From: a virus | Taxonomy: Duplodnaviria > Caudoviricetes | IMG/VR virus record: IMGVR_UViG_2597489997_000001 | Coordinates: 96,001-160,000 of that record | Direction: 5' to 3' (one strand) | DNA length: 64,000 nt | Shown: one piece after another, positions 10,788 to 20,530 of the stretch | Position numbering within the stretch: position 1 is the first letter of the stretch | Layout: each line of letters opens with the position of its first letter | Notes under the pieces: model-generated | What the model was told of the DNA's origin: nothing | What the model saw: the letters and a program-made list of their open reading frames with translations, nothing else | Databases searched by the model: none | Position numbers and translations under genes: made by a program

Positions 10788-11339
10788 ATGATTTTAAGAC
10801 TTGGTGAAAATGTTGTAGATGTACTGTTCCTTAACGAACAACACCTCCACATGTTGAATTCTTTAAATATTGAACTGAAGGATTTGCCTTATCTACCTAA
10901 GTTCAATGAAGTGTCCGATCAAGATTGTCTTGATTGGCTGGGCTTCCAGCGCGCTGTCGAGAAACAATACTGTGGTTTCAAGACTACAACTTATGATTAC
11001 GCCAGTGATATTACAGTTGGTAAAATTAATCGTGAAGGCGTAGTTTATAAAACAAAATATGATGAAGTACTAAATGCAGACCGTAGTGTTAATTTAGGTT
11101 CGCACTTTGCTTATCATTTGTTCAACGGTAAACTCTTTATCTTGAGCTCCAGTAATACTGTGAATAGTAAAATGTTCACAACCGTGCAGGGGAATCTGGC
11201 CAGTTCTCTTTACCAGGCTTTACTGAACTCCTTCAGCACTTTTGAAACTTACGGCCGTGAGAGTAAAAATCTCAAGGAATCGGTAAGCCAAAGAAAGTAT
11301 ATTGATCTCGGTTTTGTGCTTTCTAAGTTAGTTAATTAA
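10788..11339 (+). CDS. Conserved hypothetical protein between helicase and capsid genes
   Basis: 183-aa ORF with AAGGT SD; position equivalent to phiKZ gp119. Confidence 0.6.
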   Translation: MILRLGENVVDVLFLNEQHLHMLNSLNIELKDLPYLPKFNEVSDQDCLDWLGFQRAVEKQYCGFKTTTYDYASDITVGKINREGVVYKTKYDEVLNADRSVNLGSHFAYHLFNGKLFILSSSNTVNSKMFTTVQGNLASSLYQALLNSFSTFETYGRESKNLKESVSQRKYIDLGFVLSKLVN

Positions 11340-11460
11340 ATAGGTGTAGAGTTACTGTTGATGCGTGTTACAGATACTTATCTATCTTATGCGTAAAAAT
11401 ATTAACTACTGCGAACAAATGCATTTGTTTTCAAAAAGACTTCTTTAAAGGTAATTTATA

Positions 11461-13620
11461 ATGGAACAAAATAACGAATTCCGTTTTGGTATCTCCAAAT
11501 CTGGCGTAGACCTGAAAGCACTGATGACTGGCGTTGTTAGCAACCAGCAGTCCGACGGTACCCTGCGTGGTCTGGTTGGCGCTGAGTCAATGACCGATGG
11601 CCTGAAAGCTATCGAGAAAGGCATGGGCTTCAACCAGAAGAACGCTATCTCTTCTCTGATCGCTGACAGCGGTAAGTTCAACAGCCGCGCTGAAGCACTG
11701 AAAGCAGTTGTAGCTCACGGTGGTATGGAATCATTCTCCATGCAGCTGGATGCTGGTAACGTTGCTCGTCAGAAAGCTGCTACCATTGAACTGAACGCCC
11801 GTTCTAACCGTCAGTGGGATGCTGCTGAAGCTCTGTACCCAACTCTGATCATTCCTTACGATCAAGAAGCTCTGGTACTGCCAATCGATATCGCTGGTGT
11901 TGGTGCTTATAACGCATCTGGTAACGCTAACGAAGCTTTCGAAGATCTGCGTCCAATCGCTTCCGTTCTGGCTGACAGCAAATTCAACGCTGGCGACGAT
12001 CTGAAACTGGTTCCAGTATTGCCTGCTAACCCAACCGACGCTAACGCTGCGATGTTCGTACCGTCTGCTGACTGGGCTCCATGGGATACTACCTATGACG
12101 CAAACGACCTGCTGGGTCGTGAAGCTCATAAAACCAACTTCCTGGCGATCCGCAAGATCAACAACCTGCTGTCCCTGTGCCGTGCTCCAGGCGCGACTGC
12201 ATTTGAGCAGAACGATGAGATCGAAGCATCTTCTATCAAACTGAACCGCATCCTGCTGAAACTGAAAACCAAAGATGGTGAAGGTTTCGTTACTCTGGAC
12301 ACAGCTTCTATGGCTGGTGTTGCAGCCCGTCCGTCTACCGGTACTACTGCTGACGAAAAACGTCAGATCAACTTCGTACTGAACGGCCTGAACGTTGCAA
12401 ACCTGAAAGACAAAGACGGCAAAGCTACCGAGCTGTTCAAGTCTCTGACTGACGCTGGTCTGAAAGTATTCCTGTCTATGGAACTGAGCGCGACTTATCA
12501 TCGTTCTACCCGTAGCTGGTCTCCAACCGTATCTCCAGTTGCAGTTGCATACGTAATCAACAAAGACGGCGACCGTCTGGTAGTTGGTCACAGCAACATG
12601 CCTGCTGATATCGCAACTCTGATCACCGATCAAGCAGTTGAAGCTTCTATCCACGGTGTGGATCTGAAGATGAACCACGCGAACACCAACCGTAGCCGTT
12701 ACGGTACTACTGTTGTTTACGCTAACACCACCAAGTCCTACAACATCCAGCGCCGTCAGCCAATCAGCGTTAAGTACCCAATGCTGAATGATGACAACAA
12801 CGCTGACGTACTGGCAATGCTGGTACAGCAGATGGACATCATGGTTACCCGTAACATGTCTCACGACGCATTCAAAGCTGCTAACCAGCACTTCGCTTAC
12901 GTTTACGACAACAACGGTATGAAGATCGTTAACATCAATGACGACTCTTCTTCTGTACTGCCAGGTCAGCACTTCCTGGGTACCGTGGGCATCGAGTCCG
13001 AGATCGACCTGATCACTGAAGTTTCCACCCTGGATTCTAAAGACACTCTGGCGAACATCGAAGCTGCTCTGGTGAACAAGGTATACGACATCATCACTGG
13101 TCTGCGTGTACGTTCTAACATCTCCGCTCTGAAAGAGCTGGATGGTCGTGAAGAAGCTTACACCATCATCGCTCACGCATCCCTGGCTCCGTTCCTGATG
13201 CGTACTGGTGACTACCGTACCTTCGGTACCAATGTTAAGTTCAAAGTACTCGAAACTAACATCGATTCCGAAGTTGGTCGTATGTGGGTCATTCCTGAGT
13301 CTCAGACTAAGAATGGCGTAGTTGATATCTTCGGCGGCATGGGTATCTGTGTAGCTAAAGAACTGCTGGTAATCGAAGGTTCTGTAAACCAGAGCGATCG
13401 TCAATACCGCATGATCATCACTCAGCCTGCATACCAGCACCACAGCCTGTGCCCAGTAGCTGGCCGTCTGACCATCAAAGACATCGATAAACTGATGGGC
13501 GACGAAGGTCTGATCGCGCTGGTCAACAAACACCTGGTTACCGTTAACGGTAAACTGGAAGGCGCTGCTGGCGGTACCGGTAAAGAAATCGAAGTTGAAA
13601 TCCCAGGCACCAACGGCTAA
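11461..13620 (+). CDS. Major capsid protein precursor
   Basis: 719 aa with extreme high-expression codon bias, propeptide ending at GGME/SF (E90-S91), strong terminator downstream, and synteny with DnaB and the RNAP subunit as for phiKZ gp120. Confidence 0.9.
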   Translation: MEQNNEFRFGISKSGVDLKALMTGVVSNQQSDGTLRGLVGAESMTDGLKAIEKGMGFNQKNAISSLIADSGKFNSRAEALKAVVAHGGMESFSMQLDAGNVARQKAATIELNARSNRQWDAAEALYPTLIIPYDQEALVLPIDIAGVGAYNASGNANEAFEDLRPIASVLADSKFNAGDDLKLVPVLPANPTDANAAMFVPSADWAPWDTTYDANDLLGREAHKTNFLAIRKINNLLSLCRAPGATAFEQNDEIEASSIKLNRILLKLKTKDGEGFVTLDTASMAGVAARPSTGTTADEKRQINFVLNGLNVANLKDKDGKATELFKSLTDAGLKVFLSMELSATYHRSTRSWSPTVSPVAVAYVINKDGDRLVVGHSNMPADIATLITDQAVEASIHGVDLKMNHANTNRSRYGTTVVYANTTKSYNIQRRQPISVKYPMLNDDNNADVLAMLVQQMDIMVTRNMSHDAFKAANQHFAYVYDNNGMKIVNINDDSSSVLPGQHFLGTVGIESEIDLITEVSTLDSKDTLANIEAALVNKVYDIITGLRVRSNISALKELDGREEAYTIIAHASLAPFLMRTGDYRTFGTNVKFKVLETNIDSEVGRMWVIPESQTKNGVVDIFGGMGICVAKELLVIEGSVNQSDRQYRMIITQPAYQHHSLCPVAGRLTIKDIDKLMGDEGLIALVNKHLVTVNGKLEGAAGGTGKEIEVEIPGTNG

Positions 13621-13659
13621 GCCATTGAACCTGTGAACAACAAATAAGTTACGCACTTT

Positions 13660-13696
13660 CCTCCTACCTCACCTTCGGGTGGGGTAGGGGGTTTTT
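13660..13696 (+). terminator. Intrinsic terminator of the capsid gene
   Basis: CCTCCTACCTCACC-ttcg-GGTGGGGTAGGGGG followed by TTTTT; UUCG tetraloop. Confidence 0.85.
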
Positions 13697-13726
13697 GTTG
13701 TCTATTAAAAGATGCGGCTAAAAAAG

Positions 13727-13750
13727 TTTAAGCAGATATTATCCTTATGT
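13727..13750 (+). promoter_or_regulatory. Phage early-type promoter motif
   Basis: TTTAAGCAGATATTATCCTTATGT, 23/24 identical to 49290-49313 and related to the phiKZ early TATATTAC consensus. Confidence 0.65.
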
Positions 13751-13788
13751 AAACGTATGTGTGTTTACAATCACAAGAGGAAATAGAT

Positions 13789-14874
13789 GTGGGAAACGTG
13801 TCCGGTGACAACTGGCATCACGGTATCCATACTCCGGTTGTAGAAGGAATTGAATATTTCAACTATTCTGATTTCGATGTGACTATCACTGACAAGTTAG
13901 GAATAGAAATTGAGATACTTAGGTCAGAACACCGACCTGAACGTCTGGAAGATCGCGGCAAGGTAATTGCTCGTGTAACCAGATTAGCAGATCCACGCCG
14001 AGTTAACATACCGACGGTTGATGCACGTCTCGCTGTTGATCGTGAATACCTTATGCAGTTTAAGCGTAGCCTTGATCATCAGAAGACACGCATTGGTGAG
14101 TACGTACCTGAAACTACCCAGATGCGTTTAGCCATGCAAGCTGAATTACGGTTTGACTTCTACACCCCTACAACGATTGCAAAATCGAACCTCTTAGGTA
14201 TCACAGTCCGTGCCTCTTCTAACCGAGAAGCACAACAGTCTCCTGATACTCCTCTGGGATATATTCAGAGTGTTATCGGGGACGAGTTACGTGATGTAGA
14301 TGTAGAATGTGACAATGGGGTAGATAAGGGTATCCGTACTCTGTTCTCTGCCAGACTAATAGATAATACTAATCGTGTAGGTCCATTGTGGACTAGTGGA
14401 TTTGGTTCCACCTCTCGAGTAGTCCCAGTTAAAGATGAGGAGCAAATAGAAGGGCTATACTTAGCCGGTGGATTAGGATTAAAACATCAAGAGTTTATAC
14501 CAATCGATGATCTCATGGATCAAAAGAAACTAGTCTCGTTAAATCTACATCGAACGGAGCTAGATGCCAAACGTCATAGCACAGGAGAGTTCACAACCTC
14601 GGTTATTACTGAGAGAGATAAATTACGCAAAGAAAATAAAGATCTTAAGAATGACAATGGGAAGCTAACAGGAAAAGTAGAATCCCTGGAAAACAAACTA
14701 GAGATCGAAAAAGTAAATAAAGCCCATAGTGATTTTAAACAGACACGCACTATGGAGTATATAAAAGAAAACAACGTTAGCAATGTTTTAGGCGGCTTTA
14801 CCCGACTGTTCAGTACGGTAATGACCAACTTCAAAACGCTGATAGGTTTCTTGTCTGTTATTAAAGCAATGTAA
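13789..14874 (+). CDS. Hypothetical protein with C-terminal coiled coil and amphipathic tail
   Basis: Likely GTG start at 13789 (GAGG SD at 13777-13780); heptad region ERDKLRKENKDLKNDNGKL... Confidence 0.65.
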   Translation: MGNVSGDNWHHGIHTPVVEGIEYFNYSDFDVTITDKLGIEIEILRSEHRPERLEDRGKVIARVTRLADPRRVNIPTVDARLAVDREYLMQFKRSLDHQKTRIGEYVPETTQMRLAMQAELRFDFYTPTTIAKSNLLGITVRASSNREAQQSPDTPLGYIQSVIGDELRDVDVECDNGVDKGIRTLFSARLIDNTNRVGPLWTSGFGSTSRVVPVKDEEQIEGLYLAGGLGLKHQEFIPIDDLMDQKKLVSLNLHRTELDAKRHSTGEFTTSVITERDKLRKENKDLKNDNGKLTGKVESLENKLEIEKVNKAHSDFKQTRTMEYIKENNVSNVLGGFTRLFSTVMTNFKTLIGFLSVIKAM

Positions 14875-14889
14875 GTTTAGGAGAGATAG

Positions 14890-16581
14890 ATGGATCCGCA
14901 ACTGCTCAAAAAGGTCAGGCGTGACCGTGGTGGCTTTACCCCAGAGCTTACAGATGGATGGCACAAGAAGGACATGGACAAAATTGCACCTCACTATGAG
15001 AAGTGCCTTGAGAACATGTTCCGATCTCTTCAGGAGAAGGGCTATTACTTTGATGGGATCGAAGAGGTTTGTCCTCTGGAATTCTACAATCAGATCACTC
15101 GATCTAGTAGTAGCGGTACCAAAGACTTTGAAATCGCTAAGAACAGTTTCTTTGGGGTTCGTATCAAGAACCACTTTAAAGATCCAGTTACTGGTGTAGA
15201 GTCAGAATTGAAATCCCCGCTGATCTTCCTGGCTTATACTAATAAGCACGGTGATCTGTATACACGTAACAGCACGTATTCACTTCAGTATGTTTTATCT
15301 GAACGTGGTCCTTCTGTTGATGGTGGTCGTGATAAAACCATCTTCATCCGTGTACTGGGATATAAGTTCAAAGTAACCAAAGAGATTCACACTTTCAACC
15401 GTGTGTTCCGTACGGGTAATAAAGTCCAAACTGGTGCGATCAATATGACGCTTCCGGCAAACCGCTTTTATAACTCCCGTAATGATCGTAAGATCACAAG
15501 TAAGAAAGTACCAATTCCATTGCTGGCTTGGTATGTGTTTGGGAAATATGGTTTTGATCATTGCATGAAGGAATTTGCTGAGTGCGATTACATGATCGAT
15601 ACCTTGGACACATTACTGTCTATCTGCCCTGAAGATGATGGGTGGCAAATCTTCTCTAACACACAGTCTATCCATCCGAAAGCGTTCGATCGTCCAAAGG
15701 GCACTCCTCTGTTAGAGGAACCGGCTATCGCGATCAAGACGCGTAATAAAGGTGGTGAAGTAAGTAACCTGGCTTTACAGTACTCTGCTGGACTGTTGTT
15801 CATGTTTGGTGTATTCAGTCATGAACTGGATATCCGTCGACTGGATGACATTAACTATTGGCGTTGGATCATCGGCCGGTGTTCTATTCGTCTCCCAGCA
15901 AAAACAGCACCTGATGTGTATCTTCGTCAAATGAACGAACACTTCAGTTCTGTTGAAGAGTATGCTGATGATATTACCATCGATAAGTATAACAAGTTCG
16001 ACATCGAAGTTAAATCGACGTATGACCTGTTAAACTACTTGATGCTCAATTACTCTGCACTGATCAAACTGTACAACCCTGCTGATATGCTCCACAAAGA
16101 GCTAGCATCAATGGAGTTCCTTCTGGACTTCCTGATTCACCAGGCGAACGACTTTAAGTTCATGATCCGTAACAAGAGTAATATCACACCGAAGATTATC
16201 AACCGTGAACTAGACGCTCATTTCCGTCTGTTCAATATGGATAAGTCGGTACGTGAAAACAATACCATCTTAGAACAAACCGGCACTGATAACCCGTTCA
16301 TTGACTATGGACTGGGGATCATTCTTCAGACTAAGTCTACGGTAAACCGTGGACCAGGTAAAAAGAAAGAAGAATTCGATCCGAACCACCCTGGCAGCGT
16401 TATTGATGCTTCCCAGCCATTTGTGTGTTCGTATCAGTATAGTACAAAACCAAACCCAGATAGTCGTGGGATGTTACAACCTCGGGTGTGTCTCGTGCAG
16501 GGTAAGTATACCTCACTCCATCCCGAGGATCGGGAGGACTACGAGGCACTAAAACATCGTCTTAAGTTTAGAGAGAGTTAA
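14890..16581 (+). CDS. Non-virion RNA polymerase beta-subunit N-terminal fragment (phiKZ gp123-like)
   Basis: 563 aa, two genes downstream of the capsid. IFLAY...GDLY.RNSTY...YVL and C-terminal FVCS....KP.PD.RG.L segments resemble the RpoB N-terminal part. GGAG SD. Confidence 0.75.
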   Translation: MDPQLLKKVRRDRGGFTPELTDGWHKKDMDKIAPHYEKCLENMFRSLQEKGYYFDGIEEVCPLEFYNQITRSSSSGTKDFEIAKNSFFGVRIKNHFKDPVTGVESELKSPLIFLAYTNKHGDLYTRNSTYSLQYVLSERGPSVDGGRDKTIFIRVLGYKFKVTKEIHTFNRVFRTGNKVQTGAINMTLPANRFYNSRNDRKITSKKVPIPLLAWYVFGKYGFDHCMKEFAECDYMIDTLDTLLSICPEDDGWQIFSNTQSIHPKAFDRPKGTPLLEEPAIAIKTRNKGGEVSNLALQYSAGLLFMFGVFSHELDIRRLDDINYWRWIIGRCSIRLPAKTAPDVYLRQMNEHFSSVEEYADDITIDKYNKFDIEVKSTYDLLNYLMLNYSALIKLYNPADMLHKELASMEFLLDFLIHQANDFKFMIRNKSNITPKIINRELDAHFRLFNMDKSVRENNTILEQTGTDNPFIDYGLGIILQTKSTVNRGPGKKKEEFDPNHPGSVIDASQPFVCSYQYSTKPNPDSRGMLQPRVCLVQGKYTSLHPEDREDYEALKHRLKFRES

Positions 16582-16586
16582 AATAA

Positions 16587-19010
16587 ATGTCAGCGAACAA
16601 TGGGTCACGTGTATTAACTGGTAACCGTCAAAATCCACAACAACCAGGCGGTTTAGGAAATAATCAGCAACAAGGGAACCAGAACCAGACCGCTCAGAAT
16701 AACCCTATGGCGGGGTTGGCCGCAATGGCTCAGCGTTTGAGTGGAAATATCAACGGCCAATCTAACGGGACAAGTGGTCTCTATAACGTTGGTCCATCTC
16801 GCACTAACTTCTCTTCTCTGTTGTGTCTTGATGATACAATGGCTGAAGAACAACTGAAAGCCCAAGCTATTCAGGAAGGCGGTACATTAGCTAACCAACT
16901 TGTTATGCTCTGTGCTCGCCGTATTATCGCTAACCCGTACTTCAAAGTGTGGCGAGCTGCTTTAGAGCGCTTTAAGTCACCTAAGAAGGGAATGCCTCCA
17001 GAAGCAAACCTGGTTGAGTTCGTTAACGAAATCGACAGTAACCAGAACCTGTATAACTTTATCCTGGTTAACGCCGGTATTCAGTTGGGTTCTGTATTTG
17101 CGCAATTCATGGCAAGTGGTGATGAACGTATTCGTCAGCAACGCGATATCCTGGAACAGTGCTGGTATCAGTGTTGTGTTGATACCATTTATCTTCAGTA
17201 TTATGATTTTCTCGGTAACCATCCTGATGGTGCTCAGATTTATTATCGCTGCTCTCCATTAGTGAAAGAAGTATTGATGGAGTTGGAACCGAAGGTATTT
17301 GAATTAGCACAATCTCGTTTCACTTTTGCTGGACAGCAATGTCCATGGCGTAAAGGTCAGTTAAGTGCAATGCAACAACGCAGTGTGGTTGATAACCCAT
17401 TACTGAATGGGGTAACTAACTTCGTTGATATGGGTATGCAGGGAACTTACTTCGATCCTAACTGGAACCCGTCTACAACGGCTCCGGCTAATACGGATCA
17501 AGATGGTATGCGTAAACTGCAAGAGTATGTGCAGCGCACAGCAAACCAGGTTAAGAACGGAACCTATGGTTCTTATGTTAATAACCCGTCCATGCAAACT
17601 GAAAACTATCCACCACAGGTAACGTATGGTGATCATGATAAACCTGAGCTGTCTCTCGAGAACATTACTCGCGAGAACCGTCATCAGTATCTGATCAGCA
17701 AGTATGCGACTAATATCCCGGGTACAGATTGGTATGTAATGCCGGAGCAGTATGTCCGCTTGATTATGCCGACTATGGTCATGGATGATGGAATACCATT
17801 CCGTCTACGCGATACACGTTGCCTGGGTTGTCAGGTTATTTATCGTATTAACTGGCAGGAAGGAACATTCAACTTCCGTTTAGTGAAACACAATCTTCAG
17901 GACCTTGATATCATGTCCGCTCTGATTAGCGATCCGTCAAAGTTACTGCCGTTCATGTATGAAGAAGATGGTATTCAGAAAACTACGTTCGATCCGACCG
18001 TATATGAAACCAACAAATTCGAAAACGATGGCAAGATTTATCCTGTTGGTGAAGTGAAAGACCTGGAGAAAGAACCTGATATCCTGGTTGGTAGCAAACC
18101 AATGAAAGCAAACCTGGGTAACGAAGAGACTGTTAACCGTCTTAACGTTTACACCAAAACTTATGACCCTCAGAACAAACTGGATGCATTCGTTCTGCCA
18201 ATGGTTATGACCCGTGAATGGAAAATGGAATCCAATGTTGATATGGATCGTTTCTATTCTGATTTCGGTATGATGGTCCACGGTAACACTTATGAACTGA
18301 CAGACACTGCTCGTGTTCTTCGTGCTATCCGTGCTGCTGATTCCGAGTGTGATTCTGAGGAGTTCCGTTCTTTCGTTAAACCATATATGACCAACCTGGT
18401 AAACCGTTGGTTAGTAGAATGCCGTGGTTATGCAGAAACCCGTACAGAAGCTCAAGAAGCTAATGGACAACTGTCTTATCTGAAAGTCGGCGATATCTTT
18501 GCTGACCTCGAAGATCTGATTGAACATCTGCGTGATCAAGACCTTCCAACACTGCGTGCCTTCATGGACTACAAAACCAATACGTTTATGCGTTATGGTA
18601 TTGAAGTGCTGGTACCGCGTGAAGAAGTGAAGAAAGAGTTCGAAGAGAAGTTTTCTAAGGAAGAAGATACGATCATGCGTAATGCGTTGATCGCGACTGG
18701 TGAGACCACCATTATCATTAGTCGTAATACTGTATTCTTCAACGTTCGTAAACTGATCGGTCCTCGTACTCCTGAAGCTGTGGTATTGAAACATTCTGGT
18801 AACCCTGAGATCTTCGCTATCGTTAAGAAAGCATTGAGTGTTTCTCGTAAACACTTCAAAGATCATCCTCAGGTATTGATTAAGTTCGATACCGATGAAG
18901 GTAATAAAGTTTGGGTAGCTACTCGCTCTGACTTTGACCCGGAGAATGTATTCGTATTACGTGCCCTTGATGGTGGCGTAGATTACACTCATGCCTGGCC
19001 AATGATCTAA
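16587..19010 (+). CDS. Large hypothetical protein with Q/N-rich N-terminus
   Basis: 807-aa ORF following the RNAP subunit. Confidence 0.7.
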   Translation: MSANNGSRVLTGNRQNPQQPGGLGNNQQQGNQNQTAQNNPMAGLAAMAQRLSGNINGQSNGTSGLYNVGPSRTNFSSLLCLDDTMAEEQLKAQAIQEGGTLANQLVMLCARRIIANPYFKVWRAALERFKSPKKGMPPEANLVEFVNEIDSNQNLYNFILVNAGIQLGSVFAQFMASGDERIRQQRDILEQCWYQCCVDTIYLQYYDFLGNHPDGAQIYYRCSPLVKEVLMELEPKVFELAQSRFTFAGQQCPWRKGQLSAMQQRSVVDNPLLNGVTNFVDMGMQGTYFDPNWNPSTTAPANTDQDGMRKLQEYVQRTANQVKNGTYGSYVNNPSMQTENYPPQVTYGDHDKPELSLENITRENRHQYLISKYATNIPGTDWYVMPEQYVRLIMPTMVMDDGIPFRLRDTRCLGCQVIYRINWQEGTFNFRLVKHNLQDLDIMSALISDPSKLLPFMYEEDGIQKTTFDPTVYETNKFENDGKIYPVGEVKDLEKEPDILVGSKPMKANLGNEETVNRLNVYTKTYDPQNKLDAFVLPMVMTREWKMESNVDMDRFYSDFGMMVHGNTYELTDTARVLRAIRAADSECDSEEFRSFVKPYMTNLVNRWLVECRGYAETRTEAQEANGQLSYLKVGDIFADLEDLIEHLRDQDLPTLRAFMDYKTNTFMRYGIEVLVPREEVKKEFEEKFSKEEDTIMRNALIATGETTIIISRNTVFFNVRKLIGPRTPEAVVLKHSGNPEIFAIVKKALSVSRKHFKDHPQVLIKFDTDEGNKVWVATRSDFDPENVFVLRALDGGVDYTHAWPMI

Positions 19011-19033
19011 GTGATCGACTTGATATAAGTTAA

Positions 19034-19065
19034 AGAGAGAATCGGGCTTAGGCTCGGTTCTCTCT
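19034..19065 (+). terminator. Hairpin terminator
   Basis: AGAGAGAATCGGGC-ttag-GCTCGGTTCTCTCT. Confidence 0.6.
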
Positions 19066-19184
19066 AATGCTTGTGTATGTCTCTGTAGTGCCTTTTATTA
19101 TGTATTCGAGTACTTATTCATTTATATACTAAAAGACGCTCATAAGCTCTTTTATAAACAATTTAACCATGTATAGGACTACTA

Positions 19185-19617
19185 ATGAAAACCTTTACCA
19201 CTTCCATTCTTGTACCTGCTAAACTGAAAGCCGAATTGAACGTTATGCAGCAAATGGAAATGAGTCGTAAGCTCGCTACCAAGAACATCCCAATTTCTGA
19301 TGATCTCGGTACAGGTGCTTTAGACGATTTAGTTGATGGCGACGAATTCGTTCTGATCGTCAATGGTGAACATGAAAAACATCACCTACAAAATGAAAGT
19401 GTGTGGACATAGTGTTGGTCGTCCTCGTTTAATGATGATTGAGCCAGAAATGCCAGAGGTTAAACGTTTCCTCAGCTGGCGCATCGATCCAACGAAACTC
19501 ATGGTGCAGAAAAGCCGCACTCAGTTCCAATTGCGTAACTTCACTACTGAAGATCTCCGCCGTTTAATTCGTTCAGCCTACGCTATGGGTGAACGTCATC
19601 ATGTTAAATACCGTTAA
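19185..19617 (+). CDS. Hypothetical protein, apparently split into two overlapping ORFs (19185-19412 and 19363-19617) by a +1 frameshift
   Basis: First ORF has an AGGA SD; the second has no well-spaced SD. Removing one A from the A5 run at 19375-19379 fuses them. Confidence 0.45.
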
Positions 19618-19629
19618 GGAAAGAGAATA

Positions 19630-19818
19630 ATGTCCGGTCCTGAAGATTTCGAAGATTACCTAGCAGCAAACCCTAACGCATCTTACTCAGAACTCCAATC
19701 TAAGATGGAAGAGATTCTGAATACCGAAGGTGGTGATCGTGGGGAAATGGAAGAGATGCTTGATGAGCATTTCGAAGACTACCAATCAAGCCCTGAAGAT
19801 TTTGAGGATGAGTTATGA
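19630..19818 (+). CDS. Small very acidic protein
   Basis: 62 aa, AAGGA/GAG SD, 21 D/E versus 2 K/R. Confidence 0.7.
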   Translation: MSGPEDFEDYLAANPNASYSELQSKMEEILNTEGGDRGEMEEMLDEHFEDYQSSPEDFEDEL

Positions 19819-20408
19819 ATACGTCTACCACCAAAGTTAATTCCCTGTTTTACCCTAAGACTCTGGAAGACTTCTTCCATATCTTCCAAGTTCTCTGTGT
19901 GCATAACCAGGTCATGTACCGTGAAGAAGCATTACCAATCATTGCTGAAATCGACCATACTCATCATACAGAAACGGCACTGGCATTTGAGGGTAAACGT
20001 TTGGTTACTGTAATGGAACCAGTTCTTGCCATGATGCCTAAAGAACCTACGCGCACTAATCCTGGTGATCTTTCCCTTGGCTCAGGAGAGTCGTACAAAC
20101 TTATTCACTTGTACACCTTTGATGAGATATTTCACCCGGAACGAGTTGCTCCAAAAACCCCACTAGTAAAGGAAAAGGCAGAACGCCGAACTCCTATTAC
20201 AATGGAGCAGTTTACAGCGGCCGATAAACGTTCTCTTACACGTCCTGAATGGATCTGTGTTGAAGACTTTATCCACGCCGGTGGGTTTGGCTGGCGTTGT
20301 GCTTTGAAAACCCAGCATAGGCTGTGGGGAGTTTTCCCGGGCGGTATCATAGACCATATCAGAACAGGTCTGGATAAGCTCGGATATGACCATACCGAGT
20401 ATCTTTAA
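19815..20408 (+). CDS. Hypothetical protein
   Basis: 197 aa, GAGG SD, ATGA overlap. Confidence 0.7.
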   Translation: MNTSTTKVNSLFYPKTLEDFFHIFQVLCVHNQVMYREEALPIIAEIDHTHHTETALAFEGKRLVTVMEPVLAMMPKEPTRTNPGDLSLGSGESYKLIHLYTFDEIFHPERVAPKTPLVKEKAERRTPITMEQFTAADKRSLTRPEWICVEDFIHAGGFGWRCALKTQHRLWGVFPGGIIDHIRTGLDKLGYDHTEYL

Positions 20409-20467
20409 AATAACCGTGGGGTATATGAGGACCTCTTATAAAGCCCCTAATTTCATTTGAAAGTAAA

Positions 20468-20491
20468 CTCAGACCTATATTACCTAAGTGT
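20468..20491 (+). promoter_or_regulatory. Phage early-type promoter motif
   Basis: Contains exact TATATTAC (20476-20483), the phiKZ early promoter core, with downstream TGT at the same spacing as the other copies. Confidence 0.65.
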
Positions 20492-20530
20492 AAATACAAA
20501 CAGTATTAACTAACTTAAAAGGATTCCGCT

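Noticed and set aside
11731-13656. 641-aa antisense ORF spanning the capsid gene
   Set aside because: It is in codon register with the MCP, whose biased codons largely avoid TTA, CTA and TCA and so remove antisense stops. No SD and unnatural composition.
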